Source: Vicugna vicugna (lineage: Eukaryota). From it: a DNA stretch of 40,552 nucleotides. Positions 1 through 10,706 of the stretch are shown here, one piece after another. Where the stretch lies: the NCBI GenBank assembly GCA_013265495.1, contig MU058636.1:6917741-6958292 (forward strand), given 5' to 3'. The notes under the pieces are model-generated. The model worked only from the letters and a program-made list of their open reading frames with translations, was not told the DNA's origin and did no database searches. Both the position numbers and the translations under genes were made by a program. The first letter of the stretch is position 1. Every line of letters starts with the position of its first letter.

Positions 1-1095
1 GCTTACATTTCATTTTTATAATTAATATTTTATTGACAAATGAAGCAATGCGATTATATGACATATATGTAGATCTATATGTATATGTAGGAATATAATA
101 GTTTAAAAATCCTAAGTACAAGTTAACTATCATTTAAGTAAAGAACAAATTAACTACCTTTCTATTTCAAAAACTAAAGGATGTTGTAGTATTATTACAT
201 GCTAATAGTTTTTAAATTAAGAATATTATTTTTATATTTCTAACATGTCAATAATTATTTGCCATTATATTTATTGCCTTAGTTCAACAAAATTGGTTTC
301 AGAAATATTTAGGTAACCTGGTATTTGGCTTAGGCTGGGCTTCAGTGGCCTTGAAAATAATAAATAACTCCACCAATTTATTCTACTGATGCAGCATGGG
401 AACAAGGGTGGCGTGGCTGGAAACGAGAGCCCACAGTTTCGGTTTTGATGAGGTTGTTATCTCGGTGTAGCAGCTCTCCTAGCCATGCAGGTTGATGTCC
501 TGGGTCTCGTGATCTCTGACCTGACTAGCCGAAAAGCATGAAGCAGAGAAATAGCTGTTGTTGCTTTAATACCCGTGACCTCTGCTTGGTTTGTCAGATG
601 AGACAGCACACACTTGTCATATGGGATTGCAGCAACTTTACTTTGAAAAAAAACAAAAACAAATATTTTAAACTTTGATAAAAGTACTTCAGTAATTGAG
701 CATTTCTCAAAGTGAAGTTTCGTGTCCCGTCAACTGTAAATAATGTCGGGTATTTATCAGGGAACCATGCTCTGATCTGGATGTCAAGAAGAGACTGAGT
801 TACCTGTTCTTTGAATAATACATTTAGGTATAAGATATATCAGAACTCTAGACAAAATAAGAATGTTCAAGTAACTCAACTTTTGTTAGTAAATAAGATT
901 TAGAATATTAACTGAATTCCTTGAAGAATCAGTCTTCAGTCACTCATATTTCTACTAAGAAAATCAAGATGTTTTGTGGCGATATAAGCAGACCAATATT
1001 TGTCATGCAGAAACATTTACAATAGATTTTCAAGCAGCTAAATATTAGTTATAAGCTCTAACGTATATTTAACCAAGATGATATTAAGTTAAGGG

Positions 1096-1330
1096 CAGTG
1101 TTTCTCCACTTTTTAAAAAATTATTGCCCCCCTGAGAAAAAACTTTAGATAGTCGTCATCCTAATAGCTCCGCTGCCTTGAAATCCTGTTACCGCCAGCT
1201 TGCTGCATATCTGTTTGTGTACTGAATGTGCGTCTGTGTTTCATGCATTAAGTGTAAGATTTTTTTCACACACCCCTAACGCCAGTGTTCACCCCCTTGG
1301 GGATGAGATGACTCCTACTGAGGATGCACA
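1096..1330. mobile_element. Non-autonomous hAT-Charlie DNA transposon (MER112-like MITE)
   Basis: Starts CAGTGTTTCTC and ends GAGGATGCACA. Flanked by an 8-bp target duplication GTTAAGGG (1088-1095) / GCTAAGGG (1331-1338), the hAT hallmark. Internal 'atatctgtttgtgtactg' and 'cccccttgggga' resemble the recalled MER112 consensus. Confidence 0.75.
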
Positions 1331-2314
1331 GCTAAGGGAGATAGAGACGCTGTGAAAGGACCATGAAGACTCAGTGGTTTTTACACTGTGTTACACATAC
1401 TGAAATACTAATATACACCTAATGTTGAGAGTATTACCATTGTTACTAAGGAATGTGCATCGCTTTTAAAGCCAAGTGTTTCTCTTTGTTTTTTATAGGT
1501 TAAACCCATGTTAATGAATACATTGATTTGTGTATTTTACCACACATTTATTGCTTTTAAATTACAAAGATATTACAGAAGTCATGACATTTTATACTAG
1601 GACTTTTTGAGGAATTTCTGTCTCTTGCATAAGCCTGTAACTAAGAGAAAAAGTATGTTTAATTTTAGATGGATACTTCACAATTAAGTTTTTGTTTTTT
1701 GGCTTTTTGTTGTTGTTGTTAACCACTGTAACTGTTAAGGAAGAAAAATGAAAATTTAATTTTACTCTCCAATGAGCTAATGAAATATTAACCTCATTAT
1801 GGAGGCAGATGATTGTACTAATTGGTGATTCCCTGTACAAAAAGATAAATGGGAAGATGAATTAATCCTTCTTAGGTTACTGTAGGGTTATTTCCCTGAA
1901 ATAGATGACTAGTGGTGGTAGTCTGTGTCAACAGCTAGATGGAAGGAATATGTCCACACTTTCCATGAAACAGATTTTTACTTTGTAATATGAATGTGAA
2001 CTCGTTACATGTATTTTTTTAGATGACTGAAACTCTTTTCTTCCTAGTTATATGAGTTGTATTTCATACTTGGTAACATTAAAATTTACAGTTACTTTAT
2101 TCTATACAAAAGTTATCATACAAAAAAATCAAACTTATGATTTAAGAAATGTTCATCTTCATGTTTGTATTGAACTTTTTTAATACATAGTGAGATTAAT
2201 TAGCAATGTTGCTAATGCCAATGAGCATGAATACAGATAGGTGACAGGACAACTGATTATTAGGGAAGATAAGTTTAAGATAGTAATTATCATGAGAACC
2301 TTTGAACATATTAA

Positions 2315-2375
2315 ATTCTAGAGCTGGGGGACACTGCAGAGAAAAGCTTGTCATAGGCCTTCATTTTACAAATAT
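2315..2375 (-). mobile_element. Degenerate MIR/MIR3 SINE fragment
   Basis: 'tagagctgggggacactgcaga...cttcattttacaaat' resembles the antisense MIR core. Confidence 0.35.
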
Positions 2376-2961
2376 AAAAGAATACAATGGAAAAAGTAAA
2401 ATTTGTATAAGGTGTGAAATTAAATCCAAATCTAAATTCCTAAACCATTGCTTTTTCTTCTACACCTCATTGGAAAACTGTAAATTAAATGGCAAGTTTT
2501 GATCTATATATAATTATCTTATGTATAATACGTATACATATATTCCACATAACTCTTATTTTAAGTGAGATATACATGATAGTGGTTATAATAATAAATA
2601 GAATTACATTTTTAATAAGCCATTTTGTTTCTAAAATACTTATTTTTAGAATATATTGAAACCAGAATTTCAGAAATGGAAGGAACCTTAAAAGTCATTA
2701 ATTGCTTAACAATATTACTTAATAACATCCAAATTATTTTACATATACTTTATATATAAACATAGAAAGAATACATTTTTACCAGTTTGAAAGGTGACTA
2801 TATATATATATTTTTTTTTAGAATAAACTTTCAACAGATTACATTATCTGAGTTTTTAAATTTAAATTGATACTTATTACCCTGAACTTAAGGTTAGCTA
2901 TCATTCCACTCTTACACATGGTAGAGGTAGATTATTATGCATTGTGTGTGCTTCTTTGTAG

Positions 2962-3128
2962 TCGCAGTGTGCCCAGTATGCTGCTGACAGGAGAGAGGAG
3001 GAAAAGATGTGTGACCACCTCATTGGTGCTGCAAAACATCGAGACCACGTGACTGCGAATCAGCTGAAACAGAAGATCTTGAACATTCTCACAAATAAGC
3101 ATGGTGCTTGGGGAGCCGTTTCTCATAG
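2962..3128 (+). CDS. NBEA: Internal coding exon of neurobeachin (BEACH-domain family; DUF1088 region), 167 bp, phase 0 start, phase 2 end
   Basis: Acceptor 'gtgcttctttgtAG' (AG 2960-2961) and donor 'AG|GTGAGT' (GT 3129-3130). Open frame translates to [55 protein letters not shown] plus 2 nt. This matches my recollection of NBEA better than paralog LRBA (..[32 protein letters not shown]..). Confidence 0.93.
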
Positions 3129-4104
3129 GTGAGTTGTTAAAAACTGCAGGTAAATAATAACTTAACAGGTTAATTGTAATAGTTATGTTTTTAAAAGCTA
3201 TAAATTTAAAAATTACTTAGAAATTATGATTTTAAAGTATTAAAAAATTGCTTAATTTTTTCCTGAAATCTTTAAAAGTGCCTCTTTAGAACGGTTTAGA
3301 AGAAAATCTAAACGTTTAGAAACAATCGAATGGAAATTATTTCCAGTTTGTAATAATATGTAAAATAATAAGAAATTTGTTTAGGCAAGTATTTTAGACT
3401 ACTATCTCTCCTATAACCCATATAACTCACATGGGTGTTAGTTATAAGAACTATCTCATTTTTGATCTTTCAGAGTCAGCTCTTCTACATACTAAATTTA
3501 TATCATTCTTAATTTTTCTTATACACAGGTAGTAATCATATAATCATTCACGATGGAAAAGTAATACATTCTTTTAAAAATTTTTCTTCTATATTTCTCT
3601 ATTCAGTCTTTGTCAGGAGAATTTTTCATCTCAAATTAGGGTATCTGTGGTTTCATAATACAAATAAAGCCAAAATTGGTTGTTTTTGCATTACAAGTGT
3701 TTTTCTTCCTAGGGTTTTATAGACATAAAATTGTTTTTTTTTCCTTCGCAATAAAGTTTTTTAGAAAAAGAGTAGTGAAGGAGGTCACTGTATTTAGATT
3801 ACTAATGTTCTTCATGATACATCTTCATTTTATTTGATCTTAGTGACACTCTAAACTGGCAGAGTTTAGGGATTGGTTAAATGTAAACAGGACATTAAGA
3901 AGAATTCTGGTAGAATTGATTCTGTTAGTTAGGGAAGAATGTCTAGAATATTGCCAGGATAGTATTTGACCAACTGTCCTGGAATTTCAAATATAAGATC
4001 AATTTAAGCAAACTGTATTATTTGAATTTAAAGTAGAATTATCACGTCATGTCTTTAAAAATAGTCAACGCTCAGTATTTGTCTCTTATAGTAATAGCAA
4101 TACC

Positions 4105-4221
4105 AGGACATCTAGCATTTATTGAATATTTATTGTGTACCAGGCACCATACTAAGAACATTACATAGATTATTTTGTTTAATCTTCAGAACATCTCTAT
4201 TAAGGTTGATACTGGTATCCC
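4105..4221 (-). mobile_element. MIR SINE fragment
   Basis: 'agcatttattgaatatttattgtgtaccaggcaccatactaag...tttaatcttcagaac' is an antisense MIR 3' half. Confidence 0.7.
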
Positions 4222-4290
4222 AAGCAGCTAGAATAATGCCTGATGCACAGTAGGTGCTAAATAAATGTTTTTTGAATAAGTTAATAAATG
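4222..4290 (+). mobile_element. L2 3' terminal fragment
   Basis: 'ctagaataatgcctgatgcacagtaggtgctaaataaatgttttttgaataa' matches the L2 3' tail. Confidence 0.6.
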
Positions 4291-4482
4291 AGTACTTGGT
4301 GTATATACCCTTTAATTACAGTGATGACACTGATAGTGGAATACAAAAACAACTTAGTCTATTGTCTGGGACAGTTTTATATTCTAAATGAAATAATTTT
4401 AATAAATGACAAAAAGTACTTACCCCTGCATGAAATGATAGGTCAAGTTCGTCCAGAAAATGCAATGAGCAATTTCTACTTC

Positions 4483-4570
4483 ATTGGGTTATTTTAATGG
4501 TAAGATGAGATGTTATATGCAAAATGCTTAGCACAGTGTCTGACACATAGTAGATGTTTCATATTTGTCA
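4483..4570 (+). mobile_element. MIR 3' fragment
   Basis: 'gatgagatgttatatgcaaaatgcttagcacagtgtctgacacatagtag' matches the MIR 3' end. Confidence 0.6.
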
Positions 4571-4607
4571 TTCTCTTTTCTTTTTATGTTAGCTGTTTGC
4601 AAAGAGC

Positions 4608-6437
4608 CTTTTTTAAGACTATGGTTTTAGAGTCATTTTAGGAGTAAAGCAAAATTGAGAAGAAGGTACAGAGATTTCCCATATGCTCCCTCCCTCACAC
4701 ATGCATAGTCTCCACCCTTATCAGTGTCGCTCACTGGAATGGTACATTTTTACCAAGGAGGAGCCTAACTTGACATGGCATCATCACCCAAAGTTCATAG
4801 TCTATCTTAAGGTTCGCTCTTGGTGTTGTATATTCTGTGAGTCTAGACAAATGTGTAATGACGTATATTCATCACTGTAATCTCATACAGAGAATTTTCA
4901 CTGCCCTGAAAATCCTCTGTGCTCTGCTATTCATCTTTCCCCTCATCCCACTCCTGGCAATCACTGACCTTTTTATCTCTGTAGTTTTGCCTTTGTCAGA
5001 ATGTCATATACTTGGAATTATATAGTATGTATCCTTTTCATATTAGCTTCTTTTTTTTGAGTATTTTTTTAAGATTTTCCAGTAGCCACATTTTTTTTTA
5101 TTTTTTTTAACATTTTTTATTGATTTATAATCATTTTACAGTGTTGTGTCAAATTCCAGTGTTCAGCACAATTTTTCAGTCATTCATGGACATATACACT
5201 GTCACATTTTTTTCTCTGTGATTTATCATAACATTTTGTGTATATTTCCCTGTCATATTAGCTTCTTTTATTTAGTAACGTGCATATCTTTCCATGGCTT
5301 GATAGCCCATTTCTTTTAGTGCTGAATAATATTCCATTGTTTGGATGTATCCCAGTTTATTTATTCATTCACCTACTAAAGGGCATCTTGGTTTCTTCCA
5401 CGTTTTGGCAGTTACAAATAAAATGGCTGTAAACATCCATGTGCAGGTTTTCGTATAGACATAAGTTTTCAACTCCTCAGGATAGATACCAAGGGGTGCA
5501 GCTGCTGGTTTGTAAAGTAAGAATATGTTTATTTTGTAAGAAACCACCAAACACCAAACTGTCTTCAAAATGGCTGCAAGCGTTTTGTGAATCCATCAGC
5601 AATGACTGAGAATTCCTGTCATCCACATCTTCACCAGCATTTGGTGTTATTGGTGTTCCAGATTTTGGCCACTCTCATAGGTGTGTTGTGGTATCTAGTT
5701 GTTTTAGTTTACATTTCTCTGATGACCTATCATGTGGAACATATTTTCCTATGCTTACTTTACATCTATTAGTCTTCCTTGGTGAGGTGTCTATTAAAGT
5801 GTTGGTCCATTTTTTAACCAGGTTTGGTTGTTTTCTTATTTTTGAGTTTTAAGATTTCTTTGTATATCTTGAGAATAGTCCTTTATCAGATATGTTGCAA
5901 ATATTTCTCCCAAACTGTGACTTATCTCTTTATGGTGTCTTTTGTAGAGCAGAAACTTTTAGTTTTAATAAAGTCCAGTGTATCTATTCTTTCTTTCATG
6001 GAAAATACCTTTGGTGGTGTATCTAAGAGGTCTGTACCCAAATTCATCTAGATTTTCCCCTGTGTTATCTTTAGAAGCTTTATAGTTTTGTATTTTACAC
6101 TTAGCTCTGTGATCCAGTTTGAGTTAATTTTTGTGAAGGGCATAAAGTCTGTGTCTAGATTTATTTTTTTGCATGGAGATGTCCAGTTGTTCTAAAACCA
6201 TTTGTTGAAAAGACTGTCTTTGCTCTGTTGTGTTGCTTTTGTTCCTTTGTCAAAGATCAGTTGACTTATTTATAGGAGTCTGTTTCTGGGCTCTCTGTTC
6301 TGCTCCACTGACCTATTTGTCTAATCTTTCACCCCTTTGTCCTGGTTATGGTAGCTGTATTGTGCAGTACATATACAATAGTTTTAAGTTCTTTATGTCA
6401 GGTAGCACTAGTCCTCCAGCTTTTTTATTCTCCTTCC
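4608..6437 (-). mobile_element. Old L1 (L1MC1/2-like) 3' UTR plus end of ORF2, 5'-truncated and interrupted by a younger L1 at 5055-5252
   Basis: 'gcaaaattgagaagaaggtacagagatttcccata...catcacccaaagttcatag' is the L1MC-type 3' end in antisense. Minus ORF 5365-5568 (PLGIYPEELKTYVYTKTCTWMFTAILFVTAKTWKKPRCP) is the L1 ORF2 C-terminus. Confidence 0.88.
5055..5252 (-). mobile_element. Young camelid-type L1 3' end (about 200 bp) with perfect 17-bp TSD
   Basis: TCATATTAGCTTCTTTT at both 5038-5054 and 5253-5269. Poly-T tracts and an antisense AATAAA (tttatt) are present. 47 nt (5207-5253) are identical to 40100-40146 in the L1 at the window end. Confidence 0.9.
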
Positions 6438-6511
6438 AAAGTCTTTTTAAGTAATTTTGCATGCCACTTAGTCACCATCTAACTTGCAATATATAGTTAT
6501 AATTTATTTAT

Positions 6512-7135
6512 TTCATTCATTTAATGAATAGATCGCTCTTGAGCTCTTACTTGTGCTAGCCTAGTGGTGAGCAAAACAGACTTGTTCTCTGCCCTCACAT
6601 AATTATAGTCTAGTAGAAGGGGCTGATATTAAACAATTGTAGAAATAAAAGGTGTTAATAACAAACTTTGGCAAATGCTAGGAAAGAAAAATGTAGGGTA
6701 CTCTGAAAGAGAGAGTATAGCAGAGGATCTTTATTTTAAATTAAGGATTTGGGGAAGACTTTTTTTGAAGAAGATGGATTTAAGCTGAGTCCTGAAGGGA
6801 TGAGAAGATCATCAGCAAACGCTGGGGTGTCCAACATTATGGAGAGAATTATTACAAAGACTCGGAGCTTAGAAATAATTAAATGAACTGGAAGGGTGTA
6901 GTTATGTCTAGAGCTCAGTGAGCAGTGGGGATAGTGGCTTGAGATGAAGCTGGGGGGTAACGTATGAGTCCGATGATTTAAAGTCTTGTAGGTCATGTTA
7001 AGGATTTGTGACTTTATCCTAAGTGGCATGAAAAGCAGTGAAGGGTTTTGAGCAGAAGAGTAACATGATCTGATTTATGTTTAAAAAGATTAGTCTGGCT
7101 GCTTTATGAAGACATATAGTGGAAGAAATAGGAAA
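6512..7135 (-). mobile_element. L2 LINE 3' region
   Basis: Begins 'ttcattcatttaatgaa'. Contains 'tttaagctgagtcctgaagg' and 'gaagggttttgagcagaagagtaacatgatctgatttatgtttaaaaagattagtctggctgct', typical antisense L2. Confidence 0.8.
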
Positions 7136-7693
7136 GTACAATCACCCTGTTTATAGCTGAGTTCAGATGTCACCCTTTCTATACCATCTCCTGGGTTCTT
7201 TATTTTTCCTGAGCCTACGTCCCCGTGTTTTGTTGTTATTATCTGTATTGCAGCTATCTATGATAGATCACTTAATGTTTTATAGCTATGTGAATGTGCC
7301 TGTCTTTTCCAGTAGACTCGTCGCTTCCTAAGTGAAGGGGCTAAAGAGTACTTACAGTTACATCCCTATCAACAAATATATGTTAAACCTGAAGAATTTC
7401 ACCTGTATAATGTTCGGCTTCCTGTTTTACAACAAAGTGTTTAATTTTAACATATAATTCCTTTTGCTTTTATCTTTTGATTCAGTGGTGCTGCTGGCTG
7501 TAACGTATTTTAGCTTTTGAATTTTATTGACCTTTATTTCTTCCCTGAGGAAAAAGTAGGATTTAAGAGCTTTTTAAAATGCATATTCATGAACTAAATT
7601 TGTTACATGATATTTAGTATTTACAAACAGTGTTTCCTTATTTGTTTTATCTTTTTGGGTCATATTTCCTGTTCCTTAAACTACATAGAGAAA

Positions 7694-8724
7694 ATATTAA
7701 AATGGCAAAGGACATAAATAGACATTTTTCCAAGGAAGGTATACACATGGCCATTGGGTACATGTACATGTGCTCAGCATCACTAATTATTCAGGAAATG
7801 CACATCAAAACCACAATGAGATGTCACCTCACATCTGTCTGAATGGCTGTCATGAAAAAGGCAAGAGATAACAAGTGCTGGTGAGGACCTGGAGAAAATG
7901 GAAACTTTGTGCACTGCTGGTGGAACTGTAAATCAGTGTAGCCCCTATGGAAAACAGTATGGAAGTTCCTCAGTAAATTAAAAATAGAACTACTATATGA
8001 TCCAGCAATTCCACTTCTGGGAATATACCTGCAGGAAACAAAGGTACTATGTCAAAGAGATATTTGCACCCTCATGTTCATAGCAGCATTATTTACAATA
8101 GCCAAGACATAGAAACAACCTAAGCGTTCATCAGTGGATGAATGGACAAAGAAGTTGTGGGTCTGCATATATACAATGGAATATTATTCACAAGTCAAAA
8201 AGCAAGGACTTACTGCTATTTGCAACAATGTGGATGGACCTAATATTATACTAAGTGAAATAAGTCAGACAGAGAAACACAAATATTATATGATCTCATT
8301 TGTATGTGGAACCAAAAAAAAAGAAGAAAAAATTCATAGAAAAAAAAAAGGGGATCAGACTTATAATTACCAGAGGAAGCGTTTGGGGGCAGGGAGGATT
8401 GGATGAAGGCACTCAAAAGGTACAAACTTCAGTTAAAACATAAATAAGTACTAGGAATGTAATGTACAATATGATGACTACAGTTAACACTCTTGATTGG
8501 TATATGGGAAAGTTAAGAGAGTAGATCCTAGGAGCTCTTGTAACAAGGAAAAACAATTCTTTTCCTTGTTTTTTTTTTTTTCTGTATCTATCAGAGCTGA
8601 TGGGTGTTAACTAAACTTGTGGTAAACATTTTACAGTATGTGTTAAGTCAAGTAATTTAATTATGCCATATACCTTGAACAGTACTATATGTCAATTAGA
8701 ACTCAATAAAACTGGGTAAAGGGG
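7694..8724 (+). mobile_element. L1 (L1MA9-like) ORF2 C-terminus plus 3' UTR, 5'-truncated
   Basis: Peptides [39 protein letters not shown] and MDEWTKKLW..YTMEYYS..IILSEISQTEKHKYYMIS are L1 ORF2 C-terminal. 3' UTR contains 'aaggtacaaacttcagtt'. AATAAA at 8705-8710. Confidence 0.9.
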
Positions 8725-8788
8725 AAAGCTACATAAGCCATAACAACTTAAATTAAAATCAAGAGGTTGTAATAGGCTCTTTAGTAAA

Positions 8789-8820
8789 ACACACACACAC
8801 ACACACACACACATACACAT
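8789..8820. repeat. (AC)12 microsatellite with imperfect tail
   Basis: Read directly from the sequence. Confidence 0.95.
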
Positions 8821-8899
8821 GTTTCCCCAATTTTCGGTGTGCATCATCGTATAAACATTACTACTGAGATTTGTTTTCTGATAGAATGTTGGTGGAAAC

Positions 8900-9100
8900 T
8901 CACATTTATTGAGAGCAGTTATGTGTTGGCAGTAACTCCTCATACTTTCCATCGAATGTCTTATTTTCATTCTGACAACACTGTAAAGTAGGCATGAATC
9001 TCACAGAAGTTGAATAGCTTGCCCAGTGTTACATAGCTAAATAGTAGGGACAGGATTTTAATCTGAATCTATCTAACCCTAAAGCCCATGATCATTCCAG
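8900..9100 (-). mobile_element. MIR SINE
   Basis: 'acatttattgagagcagttatgtg...gaagttgaatagcttgcccagtgttacatagcta...caggattttaatct...aaagcccatg' is antisense MIR. Confidence 0.7.
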
Positions 9101-9339
9101 TGTTGAAATTAATTACTAATTATTGTATTAATTATAAAAATTATAAATTAGGATAAAGAAATAAAAGAACTTCTTGAACAGGAATAAGACTCAAAAATCT
9201 GGGGCTTCAGAAAATATATTCAATGTTTTACAAGTTCAAGACCCAAACTAAATTGACATTGGAACTCCTGCTCAGAATATATATAGTCATGATATATAGC
9301 TTGCAGTCTGAACCTGACAGAGTTGATTGACTGGTAAAA

Positions 9340-9690
9340 GAAAAACAAATAGACATTCTCCATAGGAGATTAGCAGGATGCAATTCCAAATTATTTAATA
9401 TGCAAAGAACCAAGAAAATCTTAATGTTTCTCAAGAAAAGACAACTAACAGATACCAATTCCAAGATGACCCAGATGTCGGTACTATTAGATAAATATTT
9501 AAAAGCAACAATTATGACCATCTTCCATGAAGTAAAGTTAGTATTCTTTAAATGAATGTCATGATAGAAGATCTCAGCAGAGTAACTGAAAGTATAAAAA
9601 AGAACCGAATGAAAATGAAAAATGTAATATCTGAATAAAAATAAATTAAAAAATTTAAATGTAATATCTGAAATTTTAAAAAAATTCACA
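9340..9690 (+). mobile_element. Old L1 (L1ME/MD-like) ORF1 5' fragment
   Basis: 9466-9537 translates MTQMSVLLDKYLKATIMTIFHEVK, similar to the recalled old-L1 ORF1 N-terminal MTQMLELSDKDFKAAIITML. Confidence 0.65.
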
Positions 9691-10706
9691 GACTGAAAAA
9701 AGTGTTTGCAAGTCACATATCTTATAAATTACTTATGAGTATAAAGTATACAAGTGTAAGTGTATATAGTATATGTATATATGGATGTATAAAAGACTTT
9801 TCAAAACCTAATAAGAAAACTAACATTGCAGTAAAAAAGCAAGCAAACATTTGTACAGATACTTCACCACAGATAATATGCAGATGGCAAATAAGCACAT
9901 GAAAAGATACTCCATGTCTCTAGCTATTAAGGAAATTCAAATTAAAATTCAAACAATCATATACCACTACCATTAGAATGAGTAAAACTAAAAAAAACCA
10001 AAAACCTGGTAATGCAAGAGCTAACAAAGATGTGAAGCAGCTGGAACTCTCATACATTCCTGGTGGAGATACAAAATGGTCCAACCTCTTTGGAAAGCAG
10101 TTTGGCAGTTTCTTCTACAGTTAAACATGCAGTTACCATATGACACAGCAGTCCTACTCCTAGGTATTTACCCGAAGAGAAGTGAACATTTACATTTACA
10201 TTTACACAAAAACTTGTGTGCGAATGTTTATAGCAGCTCTATTAATAATTACCAAAAATTGAAAACAGCCCAAGTGTTCTTCACTTGGTGCGTGGGTGAC
10301 AGACTGTGGCCCATCCATGCAGTGGAATACTGCTTAGCAATAATAAGGCATGGACTGTTGATAATGCAACAGTCTGAATACGTCTCAAATGCGTTCTGCG
10401 AAATAAAAGAAGCCAGACGCAAAAGGATACCTTGTATAATTCCATTTGCATGACATGGCATGAAAAAGCAAAAACTTTGGTAAAGAAAACGCATTGTTGG
10501 TTTCTAGGGATTAACAGTAGAGGGAGGATTTGACTAGAAAGTGCCAACATGAGGGAGTCTTTGAGGGATGGTTGAACTGTTGTGTATCTTGATTGTGGTA
10601 TGGGATTCATGACTCTGTGCTACTATCAATATATATAGGACTGTACACCAAAAAGACTGAATTTTACTGTATATAAATTCATAAAATTTTTAAAACTTAA
10701 AAAAAG
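9688..10706 (+). mobile_element. Old L1 (L1ME-like) ORF2 C-terminus plus 3' UTR
   Basis: ORF 10076-10453 (VQPLWKAVWQFLLQLNMQLPYDTAVLLLGIYP) is the ORF2 C-terminus. 3' UTR has 'tgtatcttgattgtggt...actgtacaccaaaaag' and an A-rich tail. Confidence 0.85.

Larger units (their letters stand above)
1..2961 (+). other. NBEA: 3' part of the NBEA intron preceding the exon
   Basis: Ends in a pyrimidine tract plus AG. The expected preceding exon (..RQRAEDVHKHAEFE) was not found in the window. Confidence 0.8.

Noticed and set aside
2867..3052. 61-aa + strand ORF and the overlapping 63-aa minus ORF (2935-3126)
   Set aside because: They are off-frame and antisense shadows of the real NBEA exon, whose frame starts at 2962.
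7678..8735. Possible TSD 'aaa(g)ctacata' around the L1MA-like element
   Set aside because: Short and gapped, and the boundaries are uncertain.
9228..9716. Longest ORF in the track (162 aa, minus strand)
   Set aside because: Antisense to an A-rich L1 fragment; the F/L/I-rich composition reflects T-richness and it resembles no protein I know.
10076..10610. Cluster of overlapping ORFs of 81-125 aa
   Set aside because: Decayed L1 ORF2 C-terminus and its antisense frames.
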